Positions 26,161 to 39,372 of a DNA stretch of 64,000 nucleotides are shown piece after piece. Every line of letters begins with the position of its first letter. The first letter of the stretch is position 1. The notes under the pieces are model-generated. The model worked only from the letters and a program-made list of their open reading frames with translations. It ran no database searches and had not been told where the DNA came from. Position numbers and translations under genes: made by a program. This DNA comes from Eledone cirrhosa (Eukaryota): positions 364,064,001 through 364,128,000 of the forward strand of contig OZ024742.1 of NCBI GenBank assembly GCA_964016885.1. Reading direction: 5' to 3'.

Positions 26161-26600
26161 TGATATTATCATGTGATGATATTATCAAGCCAGCGACCGA
26201 TAAGGGGGTCGCTAGGACCAGAACAACGAAAAAAACCGACTCCGGGAAAAGTTTGACTATTACCTGGACCATCATGGACATATTACACAAAACTTATATA
26301 ACATCTCCACTAGGTTTCTGTAAATCCGAAATCAACAAAATCCATTTTCAGGGGCCTGCAAGTTAATTGGGCTTTGGAAGATAGAACAGTGGAATTTACT
26401 TCGTCAACAGGTTTTCGTTCATCCTCCGCCGGTTGTAAATACTAGCAGTAAACACCGCCAGTAGTCACGTGGATTCTCCGATTCAAAATTTGATCAAAGG
26501 AATTAAATCCTTTACACAAACCGAATGAAATCTCTCAACTACATGTTATTAAACAATTAACCAATTAATAGAGTTGTCTAATATATATATATATATATAT

Positions 26601-26742
26601 ATTGTTATACTTTGGGAGGGTCATGTTGCCAATAAGAAATGGTGCGTGTGTTTCTTATTGGCAACATGACCCTTCCAAAGTATAACAATATATATATATA
26701 TTGTTATACTTTGGGAGGGTCATGTTGCCAATAAGAAACACA
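26601..26742. repeat. Three copies (two forming a hairpin) of the 40-bp terminus of the 47931/60579 PLE family in a TA tract
   Basis: attgttatactttgggagggtcatgttgccaataagaaa at 26601 and 26700; inverted copy at 26651-26689. Confidence 0.85.
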
Positions 26743-26920
26743 TATATATATAGTATTAATTATACTATTTATGGTTATGTAAATACAAAATCCTTTTGCA
26801 GTTATATATATTTTTATACAAACCCTAAATAGTGGTAGGCAGTAATATGTTACTACCTTATTACCAGTAAGTTAAGTAGCTCAATTTAAAAACATCAGAT
26901 GATTTACAGAGCAGTTATAT

Positions 26921-27127
26921 GAATTATAAGAATCAAAGAACTGTTCAAAACATTTTTATGCTTACAACTGTTTCCTCCAAACCGTATCTGTATGTCTCTT
27001 GGGTGAAAAGGAGGTCATACAAGTGTTCATTCAATAATAAATTGCTCCAAATAATCCAAACCTCTGTTTGGAGGAAACAGTTGTAAGCATAAAAATGTTT
27101 TGAACAGTTCTTTGATTCTTATAATTC

Positions 27128-27130
<3 letters not shown>
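26921..27130. mobile_element. Fold-back pLTR fragment of the 30991-32781 PLE family, hammerhead decayed
   Basis: 26921-26982 is the reverse complement of 27066-27128; 27000-27128 matches 32650-32781. Confidence 0.8.
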
Positions 27131-27163
<33 letters not shown>

Positions 27164-27189
27164 GGAGAGAGATGTAGAAGCTAGATAGC

Positions 27190-27420
27190 GGCACCAAGTG
27201 GTTTCGGCTTGTATGTTCAGCAAGCCTTTCCATGGGTGTAGTAAATATATGGATGGGAAGATGCAGATTGGATGTAGAGATATCCCGACCCCTGAACAGA
27301 AAAGCCGCAATTTTACCGGGATTTTAGTTCTCTTTATACCCAATCTGCATCTCCCAATGCATTTAGTGATTATACCCTTGGAAAGGCTTGCTGAATACTA
27401 AAGCTGAAACCATTTGAGCC
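27190..27420. repeat. Imperfect 230-bp hairpin (MITE-like)
   Basis: tggtttcggctt..ttcagcaagcctttcca..gatgcagattgg versus ccaatctgcatc..tggaaaggcttgctgaa..aagctgaaacca. Confidence 0.75.
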
Positions 27421-27495
27421 GCAATCTGGATTTTACGTATCTCTCTGTCTGTGTTTAAAGTATGACAGCGTAAATACATGGAATACCTGTAAACA

Positions 27496-27713
27496 TACGT
27501 GAGTCGGCTGAAACGTTGATTAGCTGTATATGAAGGAGTAATGCTAGAGTTGTGAAATCTTGCATGTATCACTTTCAGCTATTCTTACTTATAACTGCAT
27601 TATTTCCTTCCAGAGACAAAGTTGAAAAGTAAACATCATTTGCTCATTCCATGAGTGTATCTTGGTCAACGTGTAAAGTTTTCAGCCAATTAAATTTTCA
27701 GCCGACCTACGTA
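27496..27713. mobile_element. Mariner-type MITE (TA-flanked), copy 2
   Basis: TAcgtgagtcggctgaaa ... tttcagccgacctacgTA. Confidence 0.75.
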
Positions 27714-28349
27714 TACAACAAACTAGTCTTAAAAGGAATAAATTAAACCAAGAAAGACAAACACAACAAAATACTTTCATTAAAAGATAAACTAAAAAAA
27801 AAACACCTTACCAATTCGCAGACACAGCAACATTTGCATGAATTGTATTTACTTGGATAAAAATATAAATTTTAAAAATTTCAATTTTCGAAGTGAGTTA
27901 AATCATTTAGAACACCAAGTATCAATTATTATTTAATGGATTCTCTTAAGAGCTTACGGAAAGATATTGGAAGTAAAATTGAATTATGTAACTGAAGGGA
28001 GTATAATCTATTCTGGGTTACAGGGTTCTGATTTATTGACAAAATGGACGCAATGATTCCGGATGTTATGTCATTTCGTCTGGAAAGCGTCGGGTATTGG
28101 ATTAACGCAACTCTATTCTTATCATTTTGTCATTTCCACGTATGTCCGCACGCAGACATACACACACACATACACACACACAGCGTTATCTTAGGAAACG
28201 TAGCGTAAAACATTCTCTTGGTTTAAAGTATCCTAAATCAAATCGATCATGCAGCTCACTATTAATCAATAGTCAGTTCCAGCGACTGCGCGGGTATAGT
28301 AATTAGAAAAATACATTGCTATTCCCTATAAACATATATAATCTGTTCA

Positions 28350-28585
28350 TCTATCTGTCTAGCGAGATCCATGGCCGAGTTCTCTCCAGCGGTCTCTGTC
28401 CCTCATTATCGCTGCCATGTCCTGCTTCTCCAACAGACCAGTGTCTGTCCTTAGGACATCAACATATGTTAACCTCGGTCTTCCTCTTCCAGTGTGTCCA
28501 TGCAGGGGCTCCTACAGGAGCACTGAGTGCATTGTCAACTCTGGATGTCGGTGAGCATGTCCAGCTAACCTCAGTCTCTTTGTTT
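28350..28585 (-). mobile_element. RTE-X-like LINE 3' fragment
   Basis: Manual translation: RLRLAGHAHRHPE..EPLHGHTGRGRPRLTYVDVLRTDTG..M.DRDRWRE. Confidence 0.7.
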
Positions 28586-28786
28586 AAACTTTAATCTGTT
28601 ATTTTAATATTGGATTAAAACATTTTTCATTTAATTTTATAATATTATAATATTATAAGTTGGTAGATCCAGTAAATTCTTTGTTAACTTCCGTGGGAAG
28701 AATTTAAAAAATTCCTGGTTATCTTGTGTTGGAGAACTTTATCGCATTCGTCTGTCTGTGGCGATTGTCAAACAATCAAATCTTAG

Positions 28787-28828
<42 letters not shown>

Positions 28829-28830
28829 AA

Positions 28831-28892
28831 GCCCTGATGATTTCTCTCGAATGAAACAGTTCTAGTCCTGTAGAAGCCATTTCTATATTAAA
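28831..28892 (+). ncRNA. Isolated hammerhead core of the 57103 family between TA tracts (stem I lost)
   Basis: CTGATGA-tttctctcgaat-GAAA-cagttctagtcctg-TA. Confidence 0.7.
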
Positions 28893-28917
28893 TATATATA
28901 TATATATATATATATTA

Positions 28918-30854
28918 TATCATCAATAAGAAATCCACCAGAGAACATCAAAATTGCTCCTCTAGAGTCAAAAGTGAATGCCCATTACAAGGTAAATGCA
29001 GCACCAAAGCCATTGTATATGCGGCTAAAGTGACAACCATCAGCAACAACCAACCAGCCACCAGCGAACGATATGTGGGTATGACACAAGCAAATTCAAA
29101 ACGCGTTATTACTCACATGTCGCATCTTTCCGACATCCAGAAAAAAGATTCACAATACCTCTGGCTAGCAGAATAAGGGATTTGAAAGACCAAGGTATCC
29201 AATATAAATTGGATTGGTCAATTTTGAACCAATCTAAAGAATATGCAAGAGGAACAAGAAGATGCACACTCTGCATAAGTGAAAAATATTGGATTTTACA
29301 GAACCTTAAATCACCAAAAACCTGCCTAAATACATAAACAGAAATTTTTACCTGTTGCCCACACATAAAATCACACTTGCTTTCCAGCTCATATAAACTT
29401 AACTCACTTTCAGATACTTATCCTCCATAAACTCTTATTCTTCACTTTCCTTAAATTATCCTCTTTACAGACTTCTCTTTCTGATTTACTTTCATTTTTA
29501 ACTTTATTTTTAATTTTATTTTTATTTTTACTTCACATCCACCAATAACCCCCCCCCCTACTTTTCGATTCACTTACCTAATATATTCACATTCCACATT
29601 TTACTTCCCCATTTTCTTTCACTACCTGATATCACAATGTCACTTGCGTTTTCCACTCCAGATATAATCTGTTGTTTCGCATCCGATTTTATATTTGTAC
29701 TCATTCATTAATACGGCTGGTTTATAATCTGTATCTATGCGTGTGAGTGTGCATATGTGTGTATACGTTCTGTATATGTATACGAACGCCTCCGTATGTG
29801 TGCGTGCGTACGTATATATATGTGTGTATGTGTGTTTTTATATCTATATTTTTTAATACTTATTTATCTATGTTTTTTACATACATATTTATACGTGTGT
29901 GTGTATGCAGGTGAATGTATGTATATGTGTATGTATATGTGTGTATATGTATATGTATGTATGGGCGTGTATGTATATATGTATATACATATATAGTCGC
30001 GTACGTGCGTGTGATTAGATATACATGTAGCGATATATATATACGTGCCTCGTGTGTATGTACGCATGCATGCGCTTTTGTCTGTACGTATTTGTGTGTA
30101 TAAATATTTTCTTTTTATATATATGTGTGTGTAAGTGCGTACCTATGTTTGTTTTCTTTTCTCTAGTGTTAATTGATTACTTTCTCTTTGATTTAAAAAA
30201 AGTTTTTTTTCATTCTCACATTGTTTCATTTTTATACATATATCGAGAATGACACTTCTTTTTACTATTACACTCCCTTCCCTCTTTATCTTCCGCATAT
30301 AAGTGACCGCGCGTGTGTGTGTGTTTATGCCCGTGCTTTCATACTCGTGTGTATTTAATACCTGTATCTGGATTCGTGTTAACTATATTATCTTACAATT
30401 TCCTTTTTCAACTCATATTATATACGTATTTGTGGTCATATATACACAAATATACTTGCCCCCATATATGTACTTACGCACACATTTTCACCATACACAT
30501 GCATTTGTACATACACACATATGTACATTTGTGAGTGTATATACATACTTATACACATACCCTAACTATATTTCCTTATTTTTTATATATCTCTTGCATT
30601 ACTTTTATTTATATATTTTTTGCCCGTTAAACTCTTGCATTTCTTGAGGAGACTTTTCAAATATTTCACTATGTTTTAAATTGCCTTGTCCGACGAACGA
30701 ATGAGGACGTTTTTCGTATTCGTCTTATTCGGGAAACCTCTGGTAATGAGGTAATTATATTGTATTGTTTATTATACATTAAATTTTGCTCTGGTACTTA
30801 CATAGAGCATTCTTCACTCCTATGACTTTTCAATTTTCAACAGAAACTTCAATA

Positions 30855-30858
<4 letters not shown>
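28918..30858 (+). mobile_element. Naiad-type PLE 3' portion: linker ZF + GIY-YIG remnant (28920-29430), long 3' UTR, pLTR
   Basis: Manual translation: CSSRVKSECPLQGKCSTKAIVY..RYVGMT..FKTRYYSH..SFR..WSIL..CTLCISEK..CLN..EIFTCCPH; not in the ORF track. Confidence 0.85.
30685..30756 (+). ncRNA. Hammerhead-like motif with CCGACGA core
   Basis: CCGACGA-a.cgaatgaggacg..cgtcttattcg.g-GAAA-cctc..gagg-TA; stem I poor. Confidence 0.55.
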
Positions 30859-30953
<95 letters not shown>

Positions 30954-30957
30954 ATAT

Positions 30958-30990
<33 letters not shown>

Positions 30991-30991
<1 letters not shown>

Positions 30992-32773
30992 CACTTTCTA
31001 CCTACATACACTATCTAAAAACTAAAAATAAACCATACACACTCAAATGGGAAGTGATAGGCAGCGCGACCTCGTACAAACCACCTAATAAATTTTGTAA
31101 CCTCTGTATACTAGAGACACACAATATTATCTTCTCCAACCGTAACCTACTTAACAAAAAATCTGAGGTGTTTGCAACTTGCCAGCACCGCTTCAGACAT
31201 TCCTTCCAAAACTTTAAGCCCAATATATAGCAATGTCGGACTGGAACCTAGCACCACATCTAGCATCAAACACCAGAGACACACCTTATACTACATACCC
31301 AACACTAACTGATCTATTATAACACAAACAACGACATCCCTCTGGAACCCTTCACAGGGAGAATACCCATTTATACCTCTACGTCAGGTGTGACAACATC
31401 CACTCACTTGAACGGCACTACACCGCTCTAAGGGTAATTTGAGCATGAATTGATCGGTTGGATAGTGTTGTGCAGAGGAAACACCTTCCTTAGACAGATG
31501 AAAAATGATTTAATCTAGTAACGCTGTTGAGCAGTAGGACCAGGCTGCTGAGCGCAGTGAGTGAATGCCTTGCAACTGCCGTGCGGGTTGTACATATATG
31601 GTTGATCTGACGGTCAGAGAGGGGTCGCGAGGACTGCGGATTGACCTCTGGCCGGCCTGGGGTTGATTATCTTTCGACATCCAATGTAGCAAGCGATGAC
31701 CCAGAACATACCAGAGATCATTGGGTCCTGAAGCAATCCTGCAATCACCGCGCCTGGTCCTATGAGTAGACTACAACCACAGAGATCATTAATTTAGAAT
31801 CCTCGCTCATCATCTATAATTTCCATTTGTGGCACCTTACGTTGGGTTAATCCACCATAATAATATGATCACCTTCAGCATAACTTAATTAAACTACTCT
31901 ATAGTTAATACACTTTATGCTTTAAAAATTTTCTTGGAGGATGCGCATCACCATAGAAATTAGAGTCTATATTGTGACACATTTTAATAGCTAGGTATAG
32001 AAACCCCGGAGTTACCTCCCCGCATGCATTAACTCCCCTTAGCCACACACACTCTTCCGGGTGGTATTCAATGGCGTTTCTCGAAACGTAACTGCCTCCT
32101 GTATTGAACTAAAGAACACCAGACTACGATCTCTAACTGGATTGTCAAACGCTCAATATCGGATTGTCGTGGATTATGTGAGGGGCATATAATCGAAAAA
32201 TACACTCCCCCGACCATGAAAATGCCGAAGTACATGAAATACTTGACATCCCCTCGCTGTGCATCTCCAATACTTTTAACACTTTTAATGCTTGCACTAT
32301 TTTTAATGCTTATAACATTTCTCCACACACAGACTATATCAATCATATAAATAATTTGCCACCAGATCTACCAACCTAACACTCTTGTTTACCTACCTAA
32401 GTGCCTCTACCACACATATCTCTCTGCCACACTATATAAACAAGACGCACATGCGTGCCACACATATAACATTTGCACTATATAACCGCTTATCTTCATG
32501 TTGTATTTTAACCTGTATTTTTGATTTTTGATTGTACCTCTTAATATATATGTAATCTCGAAGTGTGTACTGCCACTCTAAATTCTGTAATGAATGTTGA
32601 CCCACAATGTTTTAATATGTATCAATGTTTGAATATCTATCGGTATGCCTCTCGGCTGAAGAGGAGGTCATATAACTGTCCATGCATTAATAAATTGCTC
32701 CGAAGAATCCAAACCTCGGTTTGGAGGAAACAGCTGTAAGCACAATAATGTTTTGAACAGTTCTTTGATTCTT

Positions 32774-32781
<8 letters not shown>
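30991..32781 (+). mobile_element. Naiad-type PLE 3' portion with long 3' UTR/pLTR between TA tracts
   Basis: [40 protein letters not shown] at 30991-31230. Confidence 0.85.
32696..32742 (+). ncRNA. Minimal hammerhead with CCGAAGA core
   Basis: tgct-CCGAAGA-a.tccaaac ctcg gtttgga.g-GAAA-cagctg-TA-agca. Confidence 0.75.
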
Positions 32782-32829
<48 letters not shown>

Positions 32830-32832
<3 letters not shown>

Positions 32833-33310
32833 ATATTAAATAAATGGAAACTATATTTATAAAAGCATATTTATTTTATTATATATATTTGAAGGGTACC
32901 AAGACATTGGTACGCTTTCCTCAGATAAAATACAAAATTTGTTTTATAAATAGAGACATACCCATGAAAATCATACCTTATCGTTTGGATATTCTCTGGA
33001 TAGTGGAAATATATCAGGGATTTTTCAAACTTATGGGTGAATATGCACATGAATATGTAAATAATTGAAAAACAACCGTTTATTTAAACGACTATGGAGA
33101 GAAGAGAGAAGAGGAAAAGGATAAAATAGTGCGAGAGAGAGAAGAAAGAAACAAGAGAAGATGAATAAAAACTCATATAATGTTAATTTGAGGGAAATAT
33201 ATTCTAAGTATATATCTTAATAGTACGTGTATTCACGATTATTAGTTCTTTAAAATTTGTTTATAATATAATATTTTCTTCTGTTATAAGTAGATAAATA
33301 AATAAATACA

Positions 33311-33341
<31 letters not shown>

Positions 33342-35685
33342 ATGTGTATATCATAGATATACCCATTTAGATAATTGTTCTAATGAGTTATGAGTGATAT
33401 TGGTTTTGTATTTAATGTAAATAAATATTAAGTTAAATTAATTTAAATTAACTGGGTTAAGAAGAATATTTATATTTATATGATTTCAAATGGGAAGATA
33501 CGGAAAAACTCCGGTTTAATTTATTTATTCGTTAGTGTGAGACTATTTAGTCAAAATAAGTATAGATGTTGAAAGATACATTTAGCCAGAATCAGTTAAT
33601 GGTTATAACTCTATTGAAAAAATATAAAAAAAAATATTGAAAAAATATTGATAAAGTATTGAAAAAATATTGAAAAAGTATTGAAAAAATATTGAAAAAT
33701 TTGAGAAAATTAAAAAAAAGTAATTTATAAGAGATAAGTAATTTTTAAAGAAATAAAAATTATTAAAATTAAAATGTTAAAAAAATTAGAATTATATATG
33801 TATATATTTTACGAAACTTTAAGAAGTGGAATTTCAGCAAATGTTATAGATATTATGATTTAGAGATATCAATATATTAAAGCCAAATGGATGAGATTGT
33901 TATGGAAATATTTAGAAATATTATAAGTATAATTATAAGTTATAAATAGTTCTGAATGTTGAATTCTGGCGATGCCTACAAGAATTAAATAAATTCGTTC
34001 TGAGATTAATAGAGTTTTTACATTTAAGTATGTAACAAATTTCCTCAATACACAATTTTCAGAATCTAGATAAAGCTGTGTTTCGGTACGCGGGTGCTTT
34101 TGAAACTGTTTCCTAAGCTAATGAATAGTCCATATTCTTGCATTTTAAGTTCCATATCAGGTTTGAAAGAGAAGTTGAAGATTTTTTATCAAATCTTCGG
34201 AAAGAACGACTTTTAAATTCTGTAGAAGTTGCACCGACATAGTTAAATATATTATCACGAGTTTTAACTGTACATTTATAGACCACGTTTTTATCTAAAC
34301 ACTTATTTTGTAAGGGATAGTTTGATTTAATTCTACAGTTACATTTTGCGGAGTTGTTGTTGCTCGGAACGGTACTATTAGGTTGGATATTGCTAGAAAT
34401 ATTACTGCTATTTTGGTTATTTTGGTTAGAGTTTAAATTTTTATTATTAATTCTATTTATATTTTGTGCTATGTTCATAGTAGTAGAGTAGGATAGTTTT
34501 ATAGTGAGTCTGTTAAAAATTGAGTGGTATCCGTAGGCTTTAGGAAAACATTTATCTAGTGCTTTAAAGAATAGCTTTGCTAAAGGTGTTTTTACGCTTA
34601 ATGAGAATTGGGGTGAGTACCAAATAATATTTCTAGTTCCAGTTCTTCTGTTAGTTTTAGTTTTTAAGTTAATTTTTTTATTATTATTACAATTAATAAT
34701 AGGGTGATTTGCCTTATTACTGTTGTCGATGTATTTAATCTTATTTGTATACCCAGCTCTATTTAAAGCTTCATTATAATATTCTGCCTTAACGTCAAAA
34801 ATGTTTTTATTAGCGGAGATGCGTGAAATCCGTTGTTGGACAGAATTGACAATAGTGTTCTTGATAGATCTAGGATGATTAGAGTTTAAACTTACATAGT
34901 TTAGATTCTCATTAATTTTAAGGAATGGATAGTAGAGCCATGTGTTAAGGTTTAATGTTACGTCTAAAAAGTTAACAATTTTATAGTTATTCTCTATTTC
35001 TAACTTAAGGTTGTAACTATTGAAGAATTGTATTATGGATTTTCTTTTCCTATTAATTTCACAATTACTATGATTTTCAATTAAAAGCAGCATATCATCA
35101 CGATATAAACCACCAGTCATCTCTGGTATTTTTCTATGTAGTGTATTATTAATAAATAGCCCCACAAGATCCGTTATCTGCGCCGAGTCAGATGATCCGA
35201 TGGTGATATCAAAATTATTTTTTCTATCGGCTCTTGTCCAGAGATGATTGTTGAATTCAATTAAAGTTTTCCGTGCAGTTAAAATGATATGCATTTCTTC
35301 TCTAGATAAATCTGTATGTTTAGAAGCGTAGATAAGAGCATTATTAAGTAAACTAGGGGTAATAGAGGAGTAGTAGTTTGCAATATCCATTTGAATTAAT
35401 TTTTTGTTATGTTTAAATGTTATGTTATTGAACCAATCTATAACCTCGTTAGTACCGTTCCATAGTTTTAGGTAAGATATTTCTTTAAGTAGCGGTATAA
35501 TTCGATCTAATATATGTTTACTAACTATGCATAAGTCTGATTTAGATGGTGCTATAAGTCTGACTGGTAGTTCTATTTCAAAGTTTCTTTTGTGGTCTTT
35601 CAGGTTAATTTCGGTCTTCTAGGTATAAAGGGTTCGGTCCTATTTTCGATGCCTAATTTATGAATTATTTGGAGGGTAGTATTAA
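32830..35685 (-). mobile_element. Naiad-clade PLE, decayed (RT + GIY-YIG; ORF segment 34113-35390)
   Basis: KDHKRNF..PVRLIAP..SKHILD..W..TNEVIDWF, DIANYYSSI, FDITIGSSDSAQITDLVGL, GLYRDD, VNFLDVTL, SNHP, RNIIWYSPQFS, KCNCR..PL..KC...NVVYKC..YVGAT. Confidence 0.92.
32872..32932 (-). ncRNA. Minimal hammerhead in Naiad pLTR, G12 mutated
   Basis: Minus strand: tattttat-CTGAGGA-aagcgtacca..tggtaccctt-CAAA-tatata-TA-ataaaata. Confidence 0.7.
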
Positions 35686-36022
35686 GTACTAGCCGGTTAC
35701 CGGTAGGATAAAAGGCTCAATGCAAATTATCAAGTGTATTACAGAGCCGAGATACAAAATGTTAAAACAATCAAATCTTAGTTTAATACATTTATTTGCT
35801 GACGCTTGTTTCTTCCAGAGCATAGAGAATGTCTAAACAGGTGATTAAAATCCTAGTCTTCAGAACATTTAGGTGGATACATAAATGTTGTCAGTGTCAC
35901 AGACATCATCTAGAAAATCGGGAGTTAAAAGAATGTTATGCTTCAGAGAAAACAATTACACGCACACACACACACACACGCACACACACACATACACATA
36001 CACACAGACACAGACACACACA

Positions 36023-36501
<479 letters not shown>

Positions 36502-36659
36502 GCATACTCCAGTCCCACAAACTGTAGAGTGCTTCTTATCCGATATCTGCATTGCTTTATTGTACTACAATAAAACTCACCTCCTACATATATATATATA
36601 TATATATATAATTAACTGATATAAAAGATACAGAAGCGAAAACCAACCAAAGAGTGATT

Positions 36660-36790
36660 GTGTTCTGTTATTAATTCTGGCAGTGCCGAGGTTAACTTTG
36701 CCTTTCATCCTTACAGGGTCGATAAAATAAAGTACCAGTAATACACTGGGTAATTGCAGGCCTTGTGCCAAAAGTAGAAACAATTATTAC
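36660..36790 (+). mobile_element. MetaSINE-like SINE 3' part
   Basis: gccgaggttaactttgcctttcatccttacagggtcgataaaataaagtaccag...ggccttgtgccaaaagtagaaac. Confidence 0.8.
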
Positions 36791-36843
36791 ACAATATGAC
36801 ACTCCCCAAGTATAACAATAACAATATATATATATATATATAA

Positions 36844-37350
36844 TTTTAATATAGATGAGATTCTACAGGACTAGAACTGTTTCATTCTTTAGAAATCATC
36901 AGGAATCTGGCTTTCCAAAATAAATGTTGTGGTATTTATATATTTTCAGGTGGTAGGAGAAGGTGGGGAGGGGAAGGGTGGAGGTCATTGGTTGAAAGAA
37001 AAGGGAATTCATTAAAAGCTAATTCTTTAAGGCTATCATTTATATTTAGAGGGACAAAGGCAGAAAGAATTCTATAAACAAGTTCAAATTGGGGTGCCAC
37101 TCCTTATTTTTAAGTTTCTCTTAAGCTAACAATGCCTATATTTCAGGTGTCTATAAGATGGTTGGGGGTTGGTCATGGTTGATGGATTTAAAGAAAAGGG
37201 AAATTCTTTAAAAGCTAATATTTAAAGCTCTACTTAGAGTGACAAAGGCCAAGAGAATTCTATAAACCAGTTCAAAATATTGGGTGGCTATCATATTATT
37301 ATTGTTATGTTTCTCTTAAGCTATATTCCAGGTGTCAACAGACACATTCA
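36844..37350 (-). mobile_element. pLTR of the 56690/58200 family; hammerhead at 36858-36908 (minus)
   Basis: Reverse complement of 56680-57167. Confidence 0.85.
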
Positions 37351-37464
37351 CATACACACACACACATATATATATATCGCTTTACCGTGTTGTTTGTCAT
37401 AAACAGTCATGACCGGCATGGGCCGGTGTTTGGATTCTGTCGATCGAATTGTTATTGATTAGGC

Positions 37465-37608
37465 GATACACGCTGATGAAGCCGCATAAGCCGATTGTGC
37501 ATTGTTGCATAATATATGCAGACAGATCGTGCAGTGCACCTTACTTATGCATTAGTGCGGCAGAAACTCGAGTCCGGGAACATTATAGGCTCCCGTTTTA
37601 CGTGTGTT
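37465..37608 (+). ncRNA. Hammerhead with extended stem II and an extra hairpin after the cleavage triplet
   Basis: gatacacg-CTGATGA-a.gccgca...tgcggc.a-GAAA-ctcgag-TC-[cggga..tcccg]tttta-cgtgtgtt. Confidence 0.65.
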
Positions 37609-37723
37609 ATGTTGAGGCAAATAACTATGTGTATACTCTGGTAATGTATCTTACATTGCCCATTGAGTGCGCTGAGATACAACCGGTACTGGCATTGATA
37701 AATATGCTGGGTCCGGCAACCCT

Positions 37724-37779
<56 letters not shown>

Positions 37780-37845
37780 AGCAATGGAAAGACCAACGGA
37801 AACATAGTTTCCTAGGTCCGATTTGACGAAAGTCGATCGACTAGA

Positions 37846-37893
<48 letters not shown>

Positions 37894-37967
37894 GTATGTA
37901 TATATATATATATATAAATATACACATATACAAACATATACAAAATACATAAATACACATACACAAA

Positions 37968-38001
<34 letters not shown>

Positions 38002-38357
38002 GGCATAAACACTACAGGGAGCCTCACCCCAGAAAGAATTCTATAGACTTCTGACTGAGGAATGCTCTCAGAACTGAACAATGGGAAGTTTGACACATTT
38101 TTTGATATTTTGTTCCTTCAACACCTTGTCCTTTCTACCATTTTATCAATTTTTAAGCTAACTCCAACAATGACAACACTAATAACTGACCAATGAGAGG
38201 AGAAGGGGACCTGTGACACTAAAATTCGTTTGTTTGAATTCATAGGACTCCAGTTCCCAGTGAATTAACAACCCAACAAGGAACTGGGCATATCAGAGTA
38301 TTGACAATATCATACACCTAAACAACATATGTACTTGTCTATACCATACTAATTCAA

Positions 38358-38412
38358 ACTGCCTGAAGAGGTCACAGCCAAAGATGGCTGTCACTGAAAT
38401 ATATATAGCAGT
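38358..38412 (+). ncRNA. Minimal hammerhead in a solo pLTR (about 38000-38565)
   Basis: actgc-CTGAAGA-ggtcacagcca aaga tggctgtcact-GAAA-tatata-TA-gcagt. Confidence 0.88.
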
Positions 38413-38609
38413 AATAAACGAAGCTAAATTTTAATCATTTGACTTTTATTTAACTTTATTTTACACTACTCCGGAGTAACCAAACCAACCTGCGCACTTC
38501 GTCGAGTGCTCCAGCCTGCAGACTGAGGTGTTGGTATACAACCAACATAAACTCAAAATCTCTCTATATATATATATAGAAATATATATTTATACATACA
38601 CACATATAT

Positions 38610-38778
38610 ATGTTGATTTGACACTTCACTGCCCGCAAGTGTTTTTTAAGCTTCATATTATGTCTCCCTATTTTATCTGATGAGAACGCAAATATCATCC
38701 CATGATGATATTTGTTTTTGAAATGGGCATATTAAAATACATGGAACTCTTTTAACCATCTTTTGATTTTAAATTATA
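38610..38778 (+). mobile_element. pLTR fragment of the 36156 family with hammerhead (CTGATGA at 38677)
   Basis: Homologous to 36330-36501. Confidence 0.8.
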
Positions 38779-38783
38779 TATAT

Positions 38784-38839
<56 letters not shown>

Positions 38840-38851
38840 ATATATACACAC

Positions 38852-38884
<33 letters not shown>

Positions 38885-39065
38885 CACACGTATATATATA
38901 CACATATATATATACATATATACACATATATATACATATACTGTATATATATACACATTCATATACACATACACACATATATATATATACACACACACAC
39001 ATATATATATATTTAACCCCAAAAACTCTTTCAGAGCAATATAAGGAACACTTGTGATTATTTAT

Positions 39066-39105
39066 GCCCTTGAGAAGCCCAACTGGGCGAAACGTACGTA
39101 GGTGC
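39066..39105 (+). ncRNA. Minimal hammerhead with U3-A8 core variant
   Basis: gccc-TTGAGAA-gccc aact gggc-GAAA-cgtacg-TA-ggtgc. Confidence 0.7.
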
Positions 39106-39317
39106 TGTTTTAAATAAACATGTTTTAACGGTCTATTCTCCGATTTTTTACTTTCCCACGTGCTTACGCTCTGCTAACTCTCTAGCCCACTAAATATTAA
39201 CACTTCGAATATTTAATACTGCCGGCACTATTATCGAGCACCTTAGGCATACGCTACTTGGCAAATAACTATATGTATCACCTATCCCCCCTTTTTTTCT
39301 CTTTCTCGATACGTAAA

Positions 39318-39370
<53 letters not shown>

Positions 39371-39372
<2 letters not shown>

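Noticed and set aside
33780-33950. SECIS element downstream of the Naiad ORF
   Set aside because: No AUGA..AA..GA kink-turn stem found by eye.
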